The notes: a model not told the origin generated them from the sequence alone. Shown: positions 1 through 9,830, counted from the first letter of the stretch. The stretch is 64,000 bases of DNA from Kiritimatiellia bacterium (GCA_041653875.1 JBAZEM010000003.1:102424-166423); one strand, 5' to 3'. Made by a program: numbers and translations.

Positions 1-757
1 GGGCAATGACGTCGTCGCCGTACGATGTTTGTGGATTGATTTTCGCTTCCACGCCCATGTCCAGACCGGTCTTCAGGTTGACCAGCGTCCCCACGAGCGT
101 CGTCGTGCCGATATCCACGGCGATGCCGTAGCACTTGTCGGCGGTGTCGCCCGGTTCGAAGTCCACCAGGTCGCCATCCACAATGACCGCCGTGCCGCGG
201 AACCCCTGAGCGCGCAGAAGTCCGGGCAGGAGGCGCAGCAGGCGGATACCGACCGGATCGAAGTCGATCGGACGGATGGCCGCTCGCAGGCGTTCGACAT
301 CCGAACAGGCATCCGCCTGGCTGGGCATATCAAGTTCCACGTAGTGCTTGCTGATCGCCGGACACAGTTCCGGCTTGCCCGGGCGCAGCGCTTCGCCTTT
401 GGCGAGGCCCGGCCGGCGGGAGACGTCGGCGGCTTGGACCAGAATCTGCTGTTGCGATTCGAACAGCGAGGTGACCGGAACTTCCACGACGAGGTCGCCC
501 TGGATTCTGGCCTGGCAGGCCAGGCGATAACCTTGCGCCACGCTCTCCTCGCCCAAGACCGTCCGGCAGTTGGCGGAGGGCGGACACGCGCCGCTGACGA
601 CTTTCAGCCGGCATTTGCCGCACGTTCCGCCGCCGCCGCATGGAGTCTGCAGGATCAGGCCGGCCTGGGCGGCGGCCTCCAGCAGGATGGTGCCCGGGAG
701 GGCATACACCTGGCGGCCGGCGGGCTCAAAACCGATTTTGTATTCCTGGCGCTTCAT
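1..757 (-). CDS. Partial (N-terminal part; gene runs off window start) 2Fe-2S ferredoxin/ASKHA-domain protein, RACo-like (reductive activator of corrinoid enzymes) paralog
   Basis: Hand translation of the reverse strand from ATG at 757 gives MKRQEYKIGFEPAGRQVYALPGTILLEAAAQAGLILQTPCGGGGTCGKCRLKVV...YGIAVDIGTTTLVGTLVNLKTGLDMGVEAKINP. It carries a plant-type 2Fe-2S Cys motif and a DIGTTT ASKHA phosphate-1 motif, parallel to the RACo at 59845-61773. No stop codon before position 1. The ORF track shows only a shadow ORF (29..796 +) here. Confidence 0.6.
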   Translation of the reverse strand, partial: MKRQEYKIGFEPAGRQVYALPGTILLEAAAQAGLILQTPCGGGGTCGKCRLKVVSGACPPSANCRTVLGEESVAQGYRLACQARIQGDLVVEVPVTSLFESQQQILVQAADVSRRPGLAKGEALRPGKPELCPAISKHYVELDMPSQADACSDVERLRAAIRPIDFDPVGIRLLRLLPGLLRAQGFRGTAVIVDGDLVDFEPGDTADKCYGIAVDIGTTTLVGTLVNLKTGLDMGVEAKINPQTSYGDDVIA

Positions 758-761
758 AATC

Positions 762-835
762 GAATGAAGAATGTAGAATGTAGAATGCAAAATTAAAACG
801 CAATTTAGTTTCTGCATTCTGCATTCTTCATTCTG
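762..835. repeat. Imperfect inverted repeat/hairpin built from 'gaatgcagaatg' units (family G) between galU stop and the RACo-like start
   Basis: Left arm cgaatgaagaatgtagaatgtagaatgc (762-788). Right arm gcattctgcattcttcattctg (814-835) is its reverse complement with two G/T differences. Related motifs at 17385-17420 and 34640-34668. Confidence 0.6.
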
Positions 836-1697
836 CCTTTCCGGAAATCTCCCTCAAAAAAGCCGCCAACTCCGCGCGCATATCGTCGCGCTTGAGACCA
901 AAGATAACGTTGGTTTTGATAAAGTCCAGTTTGTTTCCGATGTCGTAACGGATGCCGTCGAACCGCAGGCCGTACACGGCGCGGGTTTTCACCATCAGGC
1001 GCAGGGCGTCGGTCAATTGGATTTCACCGTTTTTGCCGGGCGTCAGGCGGCCGATGCAGTCGAAAACATCCGGGGTAAGAATATAGCGGCCGGCAATGGC
1101 CAGGTTGGAAGGCGCCTCGTTCACGTCGGGTTTCTCGACAAAGTCCGAGACAAGATATAAATTTTTCGCGATCGCACTGCCCGCCATGATGCCATAACGG
1201 CCGACCTTGGCGCGCGCCACTTCCTCAAGGGCCACCACGGATTCCCGATAACGGTCGAACACAGCCATCAACTGGCTGGTGACGGAGGAGCCCGATTCCA
1301 GGAGTGTGTCGCCCAGCAGCAGGGCGAACGGTTCGTCGCCGACGTGGCAACGGGCGCAGGCCACGGCATCGCCGAGTCCGTTCAACTGTTTCTGCCAAAC
1401 AAAATGGACGTTGGCCATGTCGGAAATGCGCCGCAAGAGTTCGCGCTCGGCGGATTTGCCCTTGGCTTCCAGTTCCGCTTCCAGCTCGAAGTTGCGGTCG
1501 AAATGTTCCTCGATCGCGCGCTTGCCTTTGCCGATGATCATAAGAATATCGGTAATACCGGAGGCCACGGCCTCTTCCACCACACACTGGATAACGGGCG
1601 TATCCACGATGGGCAGCATTTCCTTGGGCTGGGACTTGGCCGCCGGCAGGAAACGGGTGCCGAAACCGGCGGCGGGAATAACGGCTTTACGAATCAT
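828..1697 (-). CDS. galU: UTP-glucose-1-phosphate uridylyltransferase
   Basis: [37 protein letters not shown]... classic GalU N-terminus. ATG at 1697 with GGGAGG 7 nt upstream. The longer ORF to 1916 is an upstream extension. Confidence 0.85.
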   Translation of the reverse strand: MIRKAVIPAAGFGTRFLPAAKSQPKEMLPIVDTPVIQCVVEEAVASGITDILMIIGKGKRAIEEHFDRNFELEAELEAKGKSAERELLRRISDMANVHFVWQKQLNGLGDAVACARCHVGDEPFALLLGDTLLESGSSVTSQLMAVFDRYRESVVALEEVARAKVGRYGIMAGSAIAKNLYLVSDFVEKPDVNEAPSNLAIAGRYILTPDVFDCIGRLTPGKNGEIQLTDALRLMVKTRAVYGLRFDGIRYDIGNKLDFIKTNVIFGLKRDDMRAELAAFLREISGKAE

Positions 1698-2709
1698 GGG
1701 CATCCTCCCGGGCGGGTGAATAATCCGGCTTGAAAACCTTGACATTGATTTTAGCCAACGCCCGTGCCAGGCGCTGGAACATGGCCTCGTCCGCGTAAGT
1801 CCCCACAATGGCGCCGCCGGATCCGGTGAACTTGGCGCTGGCCCCGGCCGAGCGCGCCGCTTCGACCATGGCGATGTTCCCGGCGCTGAGCTTGTAGATC
1901 TTGCGGCGCCGGTCAAAGCTGGTGTTCAGCAAGGGGCCAAGCGCGTGGCCGGCGCCCGCGAGCAGGAGCGCGCGCGCCTGCTCGGTTAAATCCGCCCAGA
2001 AAGACATGGCCGCGACCACATCCGGTTCGCCGCGCTCGAAACGACTGCGAATGTCGTTATGGAACACATCCGAGCTCTCGGACAAATCGGTGCGGTAGGC
2101 GATGAAAAGGGGCGGCAGGAGTTCCAAGCACAAGGGTTCGTAGTGTCCGTAACCCTGGCGCGCCAGGAGTTCCCGATCGAAATCCATATAGACCAAGCCC
2201 TCGTACACCTGGGCCACGCGGTCCTGCAGGCCGGCGGAAATACCCAGTTCGTGTTTTTCGACCGACAGGATCAGATTGGCCTGGATCGGTTTTGGAATGC
2301 GCACATTGTAGAACCGCATCAGGGCCCGCAGGCAGGCGGTGATAATAGCGCTGGACCCGGCCAGGCCGACCTGGGAGGGAATGCTCGTGTCGTACCGGAT
2401 GGTGAAATTACGGTCTTCCAAGGCAATGCCTTGATCGCGGCAATAATCGTAAAAGCGCTTGATGGCGGCTTTCAAAAGCCGGACGCCGCCGTAATAGCCA
2501 TAGAGGCGGACATCCTCCGCCAATCGGCCCATGTTTTCGAAGCGCGAGTGATCGCGGGTATTGGACAGGATTTCGATTTCCGGCGTTTCGTACAACACAA
2601 CCTCGGCCCGGAAATTGCGGAAGACAAAAGCCATTGTTTTGCCAAAATATCCGTCCGATGGGTTGCCAATCAACCCCGCCCGCGGATACGCTTGCGCCCG
2701 AATGATCAT
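1687..2709 (-). CDS. GHMP-family sugar kinase (glucuronokinase/galactokinase-like)
   Basis: [13 protein letters not shown]-loop-like GHMP motif and GLAGSSA motif. Start moved to the internal ATG at 2709 ([21 protein letters not shown]) because the upstream part of the ORF overlaps an intergenic inverted-repeat element. Confidence 0.6.
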   Translation of the reverse strand: MIIRAQAYPRAGLIGNPSDGYFGKTMAFVFRNFRAEVVLYETPEIEILSNTRDHSRFENMGRLAEDVRLYGYYGGVRLLKAAIKRFYDYCRDQGIALEDRNFTIRYDTSIPSQVGLAGSSAIITACLRALMRFYNVRIPKPIQANLILSVEKHELGISAGLQDRVAQVYEGLVYMDFDRELLARQGYGHYEPLCLELLPPLFIAYRTDLSESSDVFHNDIRSRFERGEPDVVAAMSFWADLTEQARALLLAGAGHALGPLLNTSFDRRRKIYKLSAGNIAMVEAARSAGASAKFTGSGGAIVGTYADEAMFQRLARALAKINVKVFKPDYSPAREDAHDS

Positions 2710-2714
2710 ATGTA

Positions 2715-2870
2715 AACCAAAGGGAATGGTTGATGGTAAATGGTCAATGGTTAATGATCGGAAAAGAGCCTGAACTGGGAATGGTTGATGGTAAATGGTC
2801 AATGACCAGCGACATCACTAATTTTATTGGTCTTTTTCTTTCCCTCATCAACCATTAACCATCGACCATT
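2715..2870. repeat. Family F inverted-repeat element ('ggttgatggtaaatggtcaatgg' / 'ccattaaccatcgaccatt') between recJ stop and the kinase start
   Basis: Two direct copies of aatggttgatggtaaatggtcaatg, followed by the reverse-complement arm catcaaccattaaccatcgaccatt. The same family is at 32581-32615 and 33605-33735. Confidence 0.6.
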
Positions 2871-2873
2871 TCT

Positions 2874-4601
2874 TCATTCTGTCTTTCTGATATCCTGCAC
2901 GTTCAATTCCAGCGTCTCCCTGCCCATAAAACTATTCTTCTGAAAGGTGAATGCCACGTCCAACGGTCCCGCCGGGATGGCAATATCGGCCATCCGGAAG
3001 GCGATGGCCGGCCGGCTGGTCCGGCCGTCGCCGACCGTAAAACGCAGATGGTTGACGCCAACCCGGCGCGGCTCTCCCTGGATGCGCGCGCCGCGCACGG
3101 CCAATACCGGCGCGGGATTACTCTGCCCAAACGGATGGAGCGCCGCCATGGCCGCCAACAAAGCATCGTCCGCCTGGTCCAGCGTAATCCAGGCGTTAAT
3201 TCGCTGGGTCGGCCGCAGATCGCGGCCTTGGAGTTCGACCTTCACGGCTTCGCCAAAGGCCTTCTGAAAAGACTCATACTGATCCTTGTGTATATCGAGA
3301 CCGGCGGCCATCTCATGTCCGCCGTAAGTTAGCAGGTATTGCCGGCATTGCTCAAGCCCTTTTAGGATATGATAACCTTCGATGCTCCGGCAGGAACCCC
3401 GCCCCACCCCGTCCCGGCCTTTCGCAGAATCGGGACCGAATGCCACGACAACGACCGGACGGCGGTAACGCGCCGCCAAACGGGATGCCACGATCCCGAT
3501 AATCCCCGCATGCCAGCCGGTTTTGGCGATCACCAGGCCATAATGCTCGCGCGCGTTGAAAGTGGCGTCAATTTCACGCATGGCCTCCGCCACAATTTCG
3601 GATTCGATCTTCTGGCGCGCCCGGTTGGCGCCATCCAATTCCACGGCGATTTCATGGGCGCGCGCCATGTCGTCGGTCAGCAGTAATTCCAATGAAGTGT
3701 CCGCGTTACCCATCCGCCCGGCGGCATTGAGGCGCGGCGCCAGGCCGTAACCGATGTGATGGGCATCGATGGCGCCGCGGATGCCGGCGATATCCACCAG
3801 CGATTTCCAGCGGGGCGCCAGGGATTGATTCATACGGCTCAAACCATGCCGCACCAGAATCCGGTTTTCGCCGGTCAGCGGCACAATATCCGCCACCGTG
3901 CCGACCGCCACAAAGTCAAGGTACTCGCGCAAATCGACGGTCTGCGCGGCTCCCAGTCCCTGGTTGCGCCCGATCTTAAGCAGTCCGTGGCAAAGCTTGA
4001 ACACCACGCCGACGCCCGCCAGGATTTTGAGGTTATCGATCCGGCCCAGCTTGGGATTGACCACCGCCAGCGCTTCAACCTTCCGTCCGCCGCTTTCGTG
4101 GTGGTCGGTGACGACAACGTCAATGCCCGCCTTTTGCGCCAGGCCGATGGCTGCGGCATCGTTGGCGCCGCAATCCACGGTGATCAGCAGGCTCGGCTTG
4201 CATTGCGCTATGCAACGCTTGAGCGCCGCCGGGCTCAGGCCATAGCCTTCTCCTTGCCGGCTCGGCAAGCAAGGCGCAACCCGCCGAGCGCCCAGGCGAT
4301 GCAGAACCTGGACCAGCAACGCGGCGCCGACAATGCCGTCGACGTCGTAATCGCCATACACGGCGATGGATTCGTCCGCCAGGATGGCCTTTTGAATCCG
4401 CCGGGCCGCCGGGTCCATATCGGGGAGTAAAAACGGATCGGAAAGCTCGCTGAGCCGCGGATTTAAAAATCGCTCGATCTCGGTCATGTCGCGGTAACCG
4501 AGGCCCATCAAGATCTCCGCCACGGGCAAAGGCAGGTCGAGGGCGCCTGCAAGTTGAATCGCCAAAGGGCCATCGCCGGGAATGGTCTTCCAGACTTTCA
4601 A
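2874..4601 (-). CDS. recJ: Single-stranded-DNA-specific exonuclease RecJ
   Basis: DHH and DHHA1 region motifs (GDYDVDGIVGAALL, VVTDHHE, GGGHEMAAG). Proposed TTG start at 4601 (MKVWKTIPGDGPLAIQLAGALD...) overlapping the secDF stop as TTGA. The 869-aa ORF to 5483 is an antisense extension into secDF. Confidence 0.75.
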   Translation of the reverse strand: MKVWKTIPGDGPLAIQLAGALDLPLPVAEILMGLGYRDMTEIERFLNPRLSELSDPFLLPDMDPAARRIQKAILADESIAVYGDYDVDGIVGAALLVQVLHRLGARRVAPCLPSRQGEGYGLSPAALKRCIAQCKPSLLITVDCGANDAAAIGLAQKAGIDVVVTDHHESGGRKVEALAVVNPKLGRIDNLKILAGVGVVFKLCHGLLKIGRNQGLGAAQTVDLREYLDFVAVGTVADIVPLTGENRILVRHGLSRMNQSLAPRWKSLVDIAGIRGAIDAHHIGYGLAPRLNAAGRMGNADTSLELLLTDDMARAHEIAVELDGANRARQKIESEIVAEAMREIDATFNAREHYGLVIAKTGWHAGIIGIVASRLAARYRRPVVVVAFGPDSAKGRDGVGRGSCRSIEGYHILKGLEQCRQYLLTYGGHEMAAGLDIHKDQYESFQKAFGEAVKVELQGRDLRPTQRINAWITLDQADDALLAAMAALHPFGQSNPAPVLAVRGARIQGEPRRVGVNHLRFTVGDGRTSRPAIAFRMADIAIPAGPLDVAFTFQKNSFMGRETLELNVQDIRKTE

Positions 4602-7120
4602 CGCGCGAGCGCCCCCTTTTCCGTTTTCTTCAGCACCCGCCGCAGGAACAGCATTATCGGCGTGGCGATATAGATCGACGAGAAACAGCCTGTAATGGTG
4701 CCGATCGTGAACAGGAACGCAAAATCCCTGATGGCGCCGCCGCCGAAGATCAGGAGCATCATCACCGCCATGAAGACTGTGGCCGCCGTCAGGATGGTCC
4801 GGCTCAGGGTCTCGTTGACGCTCAGGTTGCAGACCTCGATTAGCGATCGGTCGGGGTACTTGCGCATATTCTCGCGAATCCGGTCGTAAACGACGATGGT
4901 GTCGTTGATCGAATAACCCACGATCGTCAGCAAGGCCGCGATGGTGGTCATGCCGAATTGCCCGCCAAACAAACAGTAAACACCCATGCTGATCATAATG
5001 TCGTGAATCAGCGCGACAATGCCGCCCACGGCGAACGAAAACTCGAACCGCCAGGCAATGTATATAATCATGCCAATGAAGGAATATAACAGCGCCTTCA
5101 GCGCGTTGAACGTCATTTCCCGGCCGATCTGCGGCCCGACGGTGTCTTCGTTGACAACCTTGAATTCCGATGCCGGGAATTTCGCGGACAGGGTTTCCTT
5201 GACCTTGTCGCCGGTGCCGTAAGCGGAACGGACCTGCAGGAATTCCGCGTTTTTGTTCAATTCCTTTTGGTATTGGATTTGGGTGTCCTTGATGCCGACG
5301 CCCGCCAAGGCGCCGCGGACGGATTCGACCTCCTGCTTTTGGGCGAACTGGAAGGTAATGGAGGAGCCGCCCGTGAAATCCGTTCCCAGCAAATTCCCCA
5401 TGCCTTGCATGCCGCGTTGCGCCATGAAAATCCACGTGACGATGACGATCGCGACCGAAATCCCGATGGCCACCTTGCGCCAACCGATGAAATCGATGTT
5501 GGTGGCCTTGATGATGGATAACATCCGGAGCTGAGGCATGGATGAGCGCGAGACAATGATGTTAAAGATCATGCGCGTCACGACCAGGGCCGTGTACATG
5601 CTGACCATGATGCCGGCGGTGAGCGTGATGCCGAACCCGCGCACCGAGCCCGAGCCCAGCATGAACAGGATCACGGCGGCCATCACGGTCGTCAGGTTGG
5701 AATCCAGGATCGTGGTGAAGGCCTTGGTGTAACCGGCCTCGATCGCCGGGCCGAGTCGTTTGCCAAGGGTCTGCTCCTCGCGCACGCGCTCGAAAATCAG
5801 GACGTTGGCGTCCACCGCCATACCGACGGTCAACGCAATGCCGGCAATACCCGGCAGAGTCAGCACGGGCAGTCCGATATGCGCGCCCGTGGCGCCCGTG
5901 AAAAGCCCCATAATCCCGGCCGTGATCATCATGCCCAAGGGCAACAACAGCATGTTGAATATGAGCGCAATGTTGGCCACCAGTCCGCCGACCATATAAT
6001 AGACGGCCATGAAAACCGCCACCAGGATGCAGGCGTAAATCGTGGCGCGGGCGCCGCTTTCGATCGAGTCGCGCCCCAGGGAGGGGTCGACGCTCCGCGA
6101 TTCGATGATCTGCACGGGCGCGGGCAGGGACCCGGCGCGCAGCACAATCGACAGGTCCTGGGCGTCCTTAAGCGTAAAATTGCCTTCGATGATCGCTTCG
6201 CCGCCGTAGATGGCGGTTTTGAGGAACGGCGCCGAATAGAGTTTGTCATCCATGATGATCGCCAGGTAGCGGCGTCCATCCGGGCTCGGGTTCTTGGCGC
6301 CGCCCGGGGCGTAATCGGCCGTAATGTTCGCGAACCGGCGGGCGCCTTGCGAATCGAACTTCAAAGTCACATAAGGTTGCCCTAATTGATCGAATTCGAT
6401 TCCAGCTTTCTTGAGCGTGTCGCCCCGCAGTTCGCAGCGTTTGTTGACAAAGTACGGGGTGAAAATCTTCTGGCCTTCCTCCTGTTTTTCTTCCAGCATG
6501 AACTTGTAGCCGGGCGGCGCCTGGAAGCGTTCCAGCTTGTCGCGGAATTCCTCGGTCATGGCTTCGTCGGGAACTTTTCGGGTGTCGCGCCGATAAACCT
6601 CGCGCCGGCCGCCGCTCACGGACGCCCCGATTTGAAAACCCTCCGGCGCCAAGCCCTTCTCGAAGAGCGCGCCCACGAGCTTGTCGTTATCCTTGTGGAC
6701 AATGCTGAACTGGAGGAACGCGGCGCTCTTGATCAGTTTGGCGGCGCGGTCACGGTCCGCATCCTTGAGGCCGGGAATCTGCACGACGATCCGGTCGTGC
6801 TTTTCCGGGTAAATCAACGGTTCGGCCACGCCGAGGGCATCCACGCGGTTGCGAATGATTTCGACCGCCTGCTCCTGGGCGTGCTGAACGGCGGCGTCCA
6901 CCAGACCGCGGATTTTCACGTCCGTGATGTCCTTGTTCTCCTTGTTCTCCTCGCGAATCTGTTTCTCGATTTCGCTTTCGTCGATTTGCACGGTGAAGCT
7001 CGTGCCGCCCTTGAGATCGAGTCCCAGTTTCACCTTGGAGCGAAACGGGATCACCAAGGCCAGCGACCAGGCCGTCAGCGCAATCAATATCAGCCATTTC
7101 CAAAGCGCATGTTTATCCAT
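4598..7120 (-). CDS. secDF: Protein translocase subunit SecDF (fused SecD-SecF)
   Basis: 840 aa. N-terminal TM followed by a large periplasmic domain and 12-TM RND-like core. SecD motifs GLDLKGG and SecF-like C-terminal half. Confidence 0.85.
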   Translation of the reverse strand: MDKHALWKWLILIALTAWSLALVIPFRSKVKLGLDLKGGTSFTVQIDESEIEKQIREENKENKDITDVKIRGLVDAAVQHAQEQAVEIIRNRVDALGVAEPLIYPEKHDRIVVQIPGLKDADRDRAAKLIKSAAFLQFSIVHKDNDKLVGALFEKGLAPEGFQIGASVSGGRREVYRRDTRKVPDEAMTEEFRDKLERFQAPPGYKFMLEEKQEEGQKIFTPYFVNKRCELRGDTLKKAGIEFDQLGQPYVTLKFDSQGARRFANITADYAPGGAKNPSPDGRRYLAIIMDDKLYSAPFLKTAIYGGEAIIEGNFTLKDAQDLSIVLRAGSLPAPVQIIESRSVDPSLGRDSIESGARATIYACILVAVFMAVYYMVGGLVANIALIFNMLLLPLGMMITAGIMGLFTGATGAHIGLPVLTLPGIAGIALTVGMAVDANVLIFERVREEQTLGKRLGPAIEAGYTKAFTTILDSNLTTVMAAVILFMLGSGSVRGFGITLTAGIMVSMYTALVVTRMIFNIIVSRSSMPQLRMLSIIKATNIDFIGWRKVAIGISVAIVIVTWIFMAQRGMQGMGNLLGTDFTGGSSITFQFAQKQEVESVRGALAGVGIKDTQIQYQKELNKNAEFLQVRSAYGTGDKVKETLSAKFPASEFKVVNEDTVGPQIGREMTFNALKALLYSFIGMIIYIAWRFEFSFAVGGIVALIHDIMISMGVYCLFGGQFGMTTIAALLTIVGYSINDTIVVYDRIRENMRKYPDRSLIEVCNLSVNETLSRTILTAATVFMAVMMLLIFGGGAIRDFAFLFTIGTITGCFSSIYIATPIMLFLRRVLKKTEKGALAR

Positions 7121-7126
7121 ATCGTC

Positions 7127-7492
7127 TTACTCCTTTGCGTTGGCGTCCAAATTCTCGTCTTTCTGAATGACCCGCGTCACGGAGGCGCGCAGGACTTCCA
7201 GCTTCGTGTTCTCGGCCACCTTGACGACCAGCACGTTCTCCCTGATATTGGACACCGTCCCGATGAGCCCGCCGCCGAACACCACGCGATCGCCCGATTT
7301 GACTCCGGCGATCAAGGCCCGCCGCTCTTTTTCCTTGCGCTGTTGCGGCCGGATCATCATGAAATAAAACAGCCCCACCATGATCGCCAGCCAGCCGATC
7401 ATCATGACCGGCGAAGATTGCTGGCCGCCCTGGCCGCCCTGCCCGCCAAACCCGCCCATGCCGATCGTCGTCCACGAAGCGATTACGTTCAT
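7127..7492 (-). CDS. yajC: Preprotein translocase subunit YajC
   Basis: 121 aa. Single TM (LAIMVGLFYFMMIRPQQRKEKE) typical of YajC. Located immediately upstream of secDF. Confidence 0.8.
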   Translation of the reverse strand: MNVIASWTTIGMGGFGGQGGQGGQQSSPVMMIGWLAIMVGLFYFMMIRPQQRKEKERRALIAGVKSGDRVVFGGGLIGTVSNIRENVLVVKVAENTKLEVLRASVTRVIQKDENLDANAKE

Positions 7493-7854
7493 TGTCTTCT
7501 CCCGTTTTGATGATTACTTGGCTTGCCGGCCACCGCAACTTGTTTGTGTTGACCAAGTCGGCCCTTCCCGCTGGCCCGTACCTCTCGCCAGTTGGAACAA
7601 ACAGGCGCTCATGTTAAGGCGCGTTCCATGGCTTGACAAGCATATTCGTGATTGCTGTTGCTTGGCGTATTGCGCCACAATAAATGTTGCCGGACAAGGA
7701 GCGCAAGAATCCTTCCCAAGGCGTCATGGCCATAGGCAACGGAATGGCGCCTTAAAAGTTGGGGGCCGCCAAGGAAAACAAGCGGACAAAGGATAGGAAA
7801 AGATTTTGCCCGCTAAACACGCGAAAAGGACGCGAAACAAGAATCGGAAGACGC

Positions 7855-7920
7855 AGGAAGTTTAAAAACGTCCAAGATTCAAGCATCAAAATACTTTCTG
7901 TTGCTGCGCAGTTGCTCCTT
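7855..7920. repeat. Family D intergenic repeat (aaacgtccaagattcaagcatcaaaatactttctgttgctgcgcagtt)
   Basis: Near-identical to 35918-36015 (aagcgtcaagatttaagcatcaaaatact...ctgttgctgagcagtt). Lies in the 640-bp gap between yajC and lptB. Confidence 0.55.
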
Positions 7921-8133
7921 ATTGAGCCCGCCGCGCGAGCGAAGAAAAGCCCCAACCCCGTCGGCGAACACAAGGGGCCGCAGGCAGACCTTAAAAACGA
8001 TCCGGTCGAATCCGCTGATGAGGCCCTTGATCTTGCCCGCGAATTTCCGTGCAAACGCGTCCGCGCGCCGTCAGCCTGTGGTGGGTTGTTTAAGCACGCA
8101 CAGCACAGGAGATCAACGGCGCGGTTTCCGCGC

Positions 8134-8859
8134 TCACATGCTGAAGCGCGAGCCCAGATACAGTTCCCGGCTTAAGGGGTCCTCGATGAGAAACTGGCTG
8201 GTCCCCTCGCGCAACACTTTGCCGTCGCAAATCAGGTAGGCGCGATCCACGATGGTCAGGGTTTCGCGCACATTGTGGTCCGTTATCAAAATACCCAGGC
8301 CGCGCTTTTTCAAGTCGCGGATGATTTCCTGTACGTCATACACGGCCAGCGGATCCACGCCGCTGAAGGGTTCGTCCAGCAGGATGGCGGCGGGATTCGT
8401 CACCAGGGCCCGTGTGATCTCCAGACGCCGCCGTTCCCCGCCGCTGAGCGTATAGGCCATCTGCTTTGCCAGGCGCTTGATGTTAAGCTGTTCCAACAAA
8501 CTGTCCATTCGCGCAAGACGTTCGTCCGCCGAGAGCGGCAACATTTCCAGGATCGCCATCACGTTCTGCTCCACGGTCAGTTTTCGGAAAATGGACGGCT
8601 CCTGGGAAAGATAACCCAGCCCGCGCCGCGCGCGCTGATGCATCGGCAGATGCGTCACATCATGCCCATCGAATATCACCTGCCCGCCGTTCGGCGCAAT
8701 AAGTCCCACGATCATGTAAAAACTGGTGGTCTTGCCGGCCCCGTTGGGACCCAACAGTCCGACCACTTCGCCCCGCCCCACCTGGATGCTGACCCCATCC
8801 ACCACATTGCGACCGTGATAGGTCTTAACCAAATTATGCGTCGTAATCAAGGGTTCCAT
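8134..8859 (-). CDS. lptB: LPS export ABC transporter ATP-binding protein LptB
   Basis: Walker A GPNGAGKTT, signature LSGGERRR, Walker B ILLDEP. 241 aa, adjacent to lptA/lptC. Confidence 0.85.
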   Translation of the reverse strand: MEPLITTHNLVKTYHGRNVVDGVSIQVGRGEVVGLLGPNGAGKTTSFYMIVGLIAPNGGQVIFDGHDVTHLPMHQRARRGLGYLSQEPSIFRKLTVEQNVMAILEMLPLSADERLARMDSLLEQLNIKRLAKQMAYTLSGGERRRLEITRALVTNPAAILLDEPFSGVDPLAVYDVQEIIRDLKKRGLGILITDHNVRETLTIVDRAYLICDGKVLREGTSQFLIEDPLSRELYLGSRFSM

Positions 8860-8871
8860 GTTTTGGCCTTG

Positions 8872-9396
8872 CTACTTAAAGGACCGGTTCATTTCCTGAT
8901 CCGAGGATATTATCAGCTTGGCATTCGGTTCGCATAAAATCCGCTTGGAATCCCGCCACATTGTCACGGTCTCCCCGGTCAGCATATCCTGGTCCCGCTG
9001 AATGCGGGGATTGCCCGTTAACTGCATCCTGCCATCTTTCATGTCATAGGTGGCTTTTTCGCCGGTGGCTTTCACGTCGTTGCGGATAATCGACACATGG
9101 CCTTCGGCCTCGATCCGATCCACCTTGTTGTCTTCCGTAAAAAACACATTCAGGCGGTCGGACAGAATCTTGACTTCACGGTCCGTCACCACCACATTGC
9201 CCTCGAACAGCGCCTGACGTTTCTGCTGATCGAAACTAAGTTGCGTCGAGGTGATCACCGTGCCGTTGGTGGCGTCCTCGCCGGCCTTTTCCAACTTGGC
9301 CGGGCCGCTTGCAGGCATGGCGGACGAGCGGGCCGGCTCGTCCGCGACCGCGCTCCACACCAGGCCAAATATCGCCAGGACTACAATCCGCTTCAT
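8872..9396 (-). CDS. lptA: LPS transport periplasmic protein LptA (OstA-like)
   Basis: Signal peptide MKRIVVLAIFGLVWSAVA then OstA-like beta-jellyroll repeats. ATG at 9396. The longer ORF to 9588 is an extension. Confidence 0.7.
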   Translation of the reverse strand: MKRIVVLAIFGLVWSAVADEPARSSAMPASGPAKLEKAGEDATNGTVITSTQLSFDQQKRQALFEGNVVVTDREVKILSDRLNVFFTEDNKVDRIEAEGHVSIIRNDVKATGEKATYDMKDGRMQLTGNPRIQRDQDMLTGETVTMWRDSKRILCEPNAKLIISSDQEMNRSFK

Positions 9397-9398
9397 GG

Positions 9399-9830
9399 TT
9401 ACGGCGCCCCTTCCACAACCGACTTCGCGCTCAGGTTCCGCAGAATCACACGCGTGTTCGACAAAATTTTCATGCGCCCGTCCTGCGCATCCCATGCGAA
9501 GCCGCGGCCGGTCAGCTCGATCTCCTTGCGGGACACACAAACGTCGGACGAGGATGCGGCCGACCGTTTTACGCGATCGAACAGGCACTGCGGCGTGGAT
9601 ACCCGCATCATGACCTTGCCCTGCTCATAAAACGTCATTTTAAGATTCTTGATTTGAATCAACCCGCTGGGTTGAACTTGCGCCTCGTCACCCGTAATCT
9701 CGAATCTTAACTGCCCTTTTTCATCGTAATCCGGATAGCGGAATCCTTTCAACACCTGCCCGACCGCCACGCCGGCCAACAGAAGGACAATCGTCGCGCC
9801 CAGCAGATTCCTTTTCCGCCTAAAATTCAT
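9399..9830 (-). CDS. lptC: LPS export protein LptC-like
   Basis: N-terminal TM anchor, 143 aa. Position immediately upstream of lptA-lptB. Confidence 0.6.
   Translation of the reverse strand: MNFRRKRNLLGATIVLLLAGVAVGQVLKGFRYPDYDEKGQLRFEITGDEAQVQPSGLIQIKNLKMTFYEQGKVMMRVSTPQCLFDRVKRSAASSSDVCVSRKEIELTGRGFAWDAQDGRMKILSNTRVILRNLSAKSVVEGAP

Noticed and set aside
29-796. 255-aa plus-strand ORF
   Set aside because: R/H/D/Q-rich antisense shadow of the minus-strand RACo-like gene, which has clear 2Fe-2S and ASKHA motifs. Its 3' end reads into the family G hairpin.
2059-2715. 218-aa plus-strand ORF and the many other 60-370-aa ORFs listed opposite annotated genes (e.g. 3756..4430, 5879..6385, 6386..7510, 12087..13181, 14796..15515, 15928..16932, 17991..18950, 25008..25967, 29917..31020, 59812..61665)
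   Set aside because: All are antisense or out-of-frame shadows of genes with clear family signatures. Their skewed R/G/A/H composition is typical of high-GC shadow ORFs.
7493-8133. Possible small RNA or gene in the 640-bp yajC-lptB gap (ORFs 7380..7796, 7752..8054, 7759..8175, 7901..8239)
   Set aside because: The ORFs are mutually overlapping and compositionally odd, and the region contains a family D repeat. I cannot support a CDS. An sRNA or promoter remains possible but unsupported.
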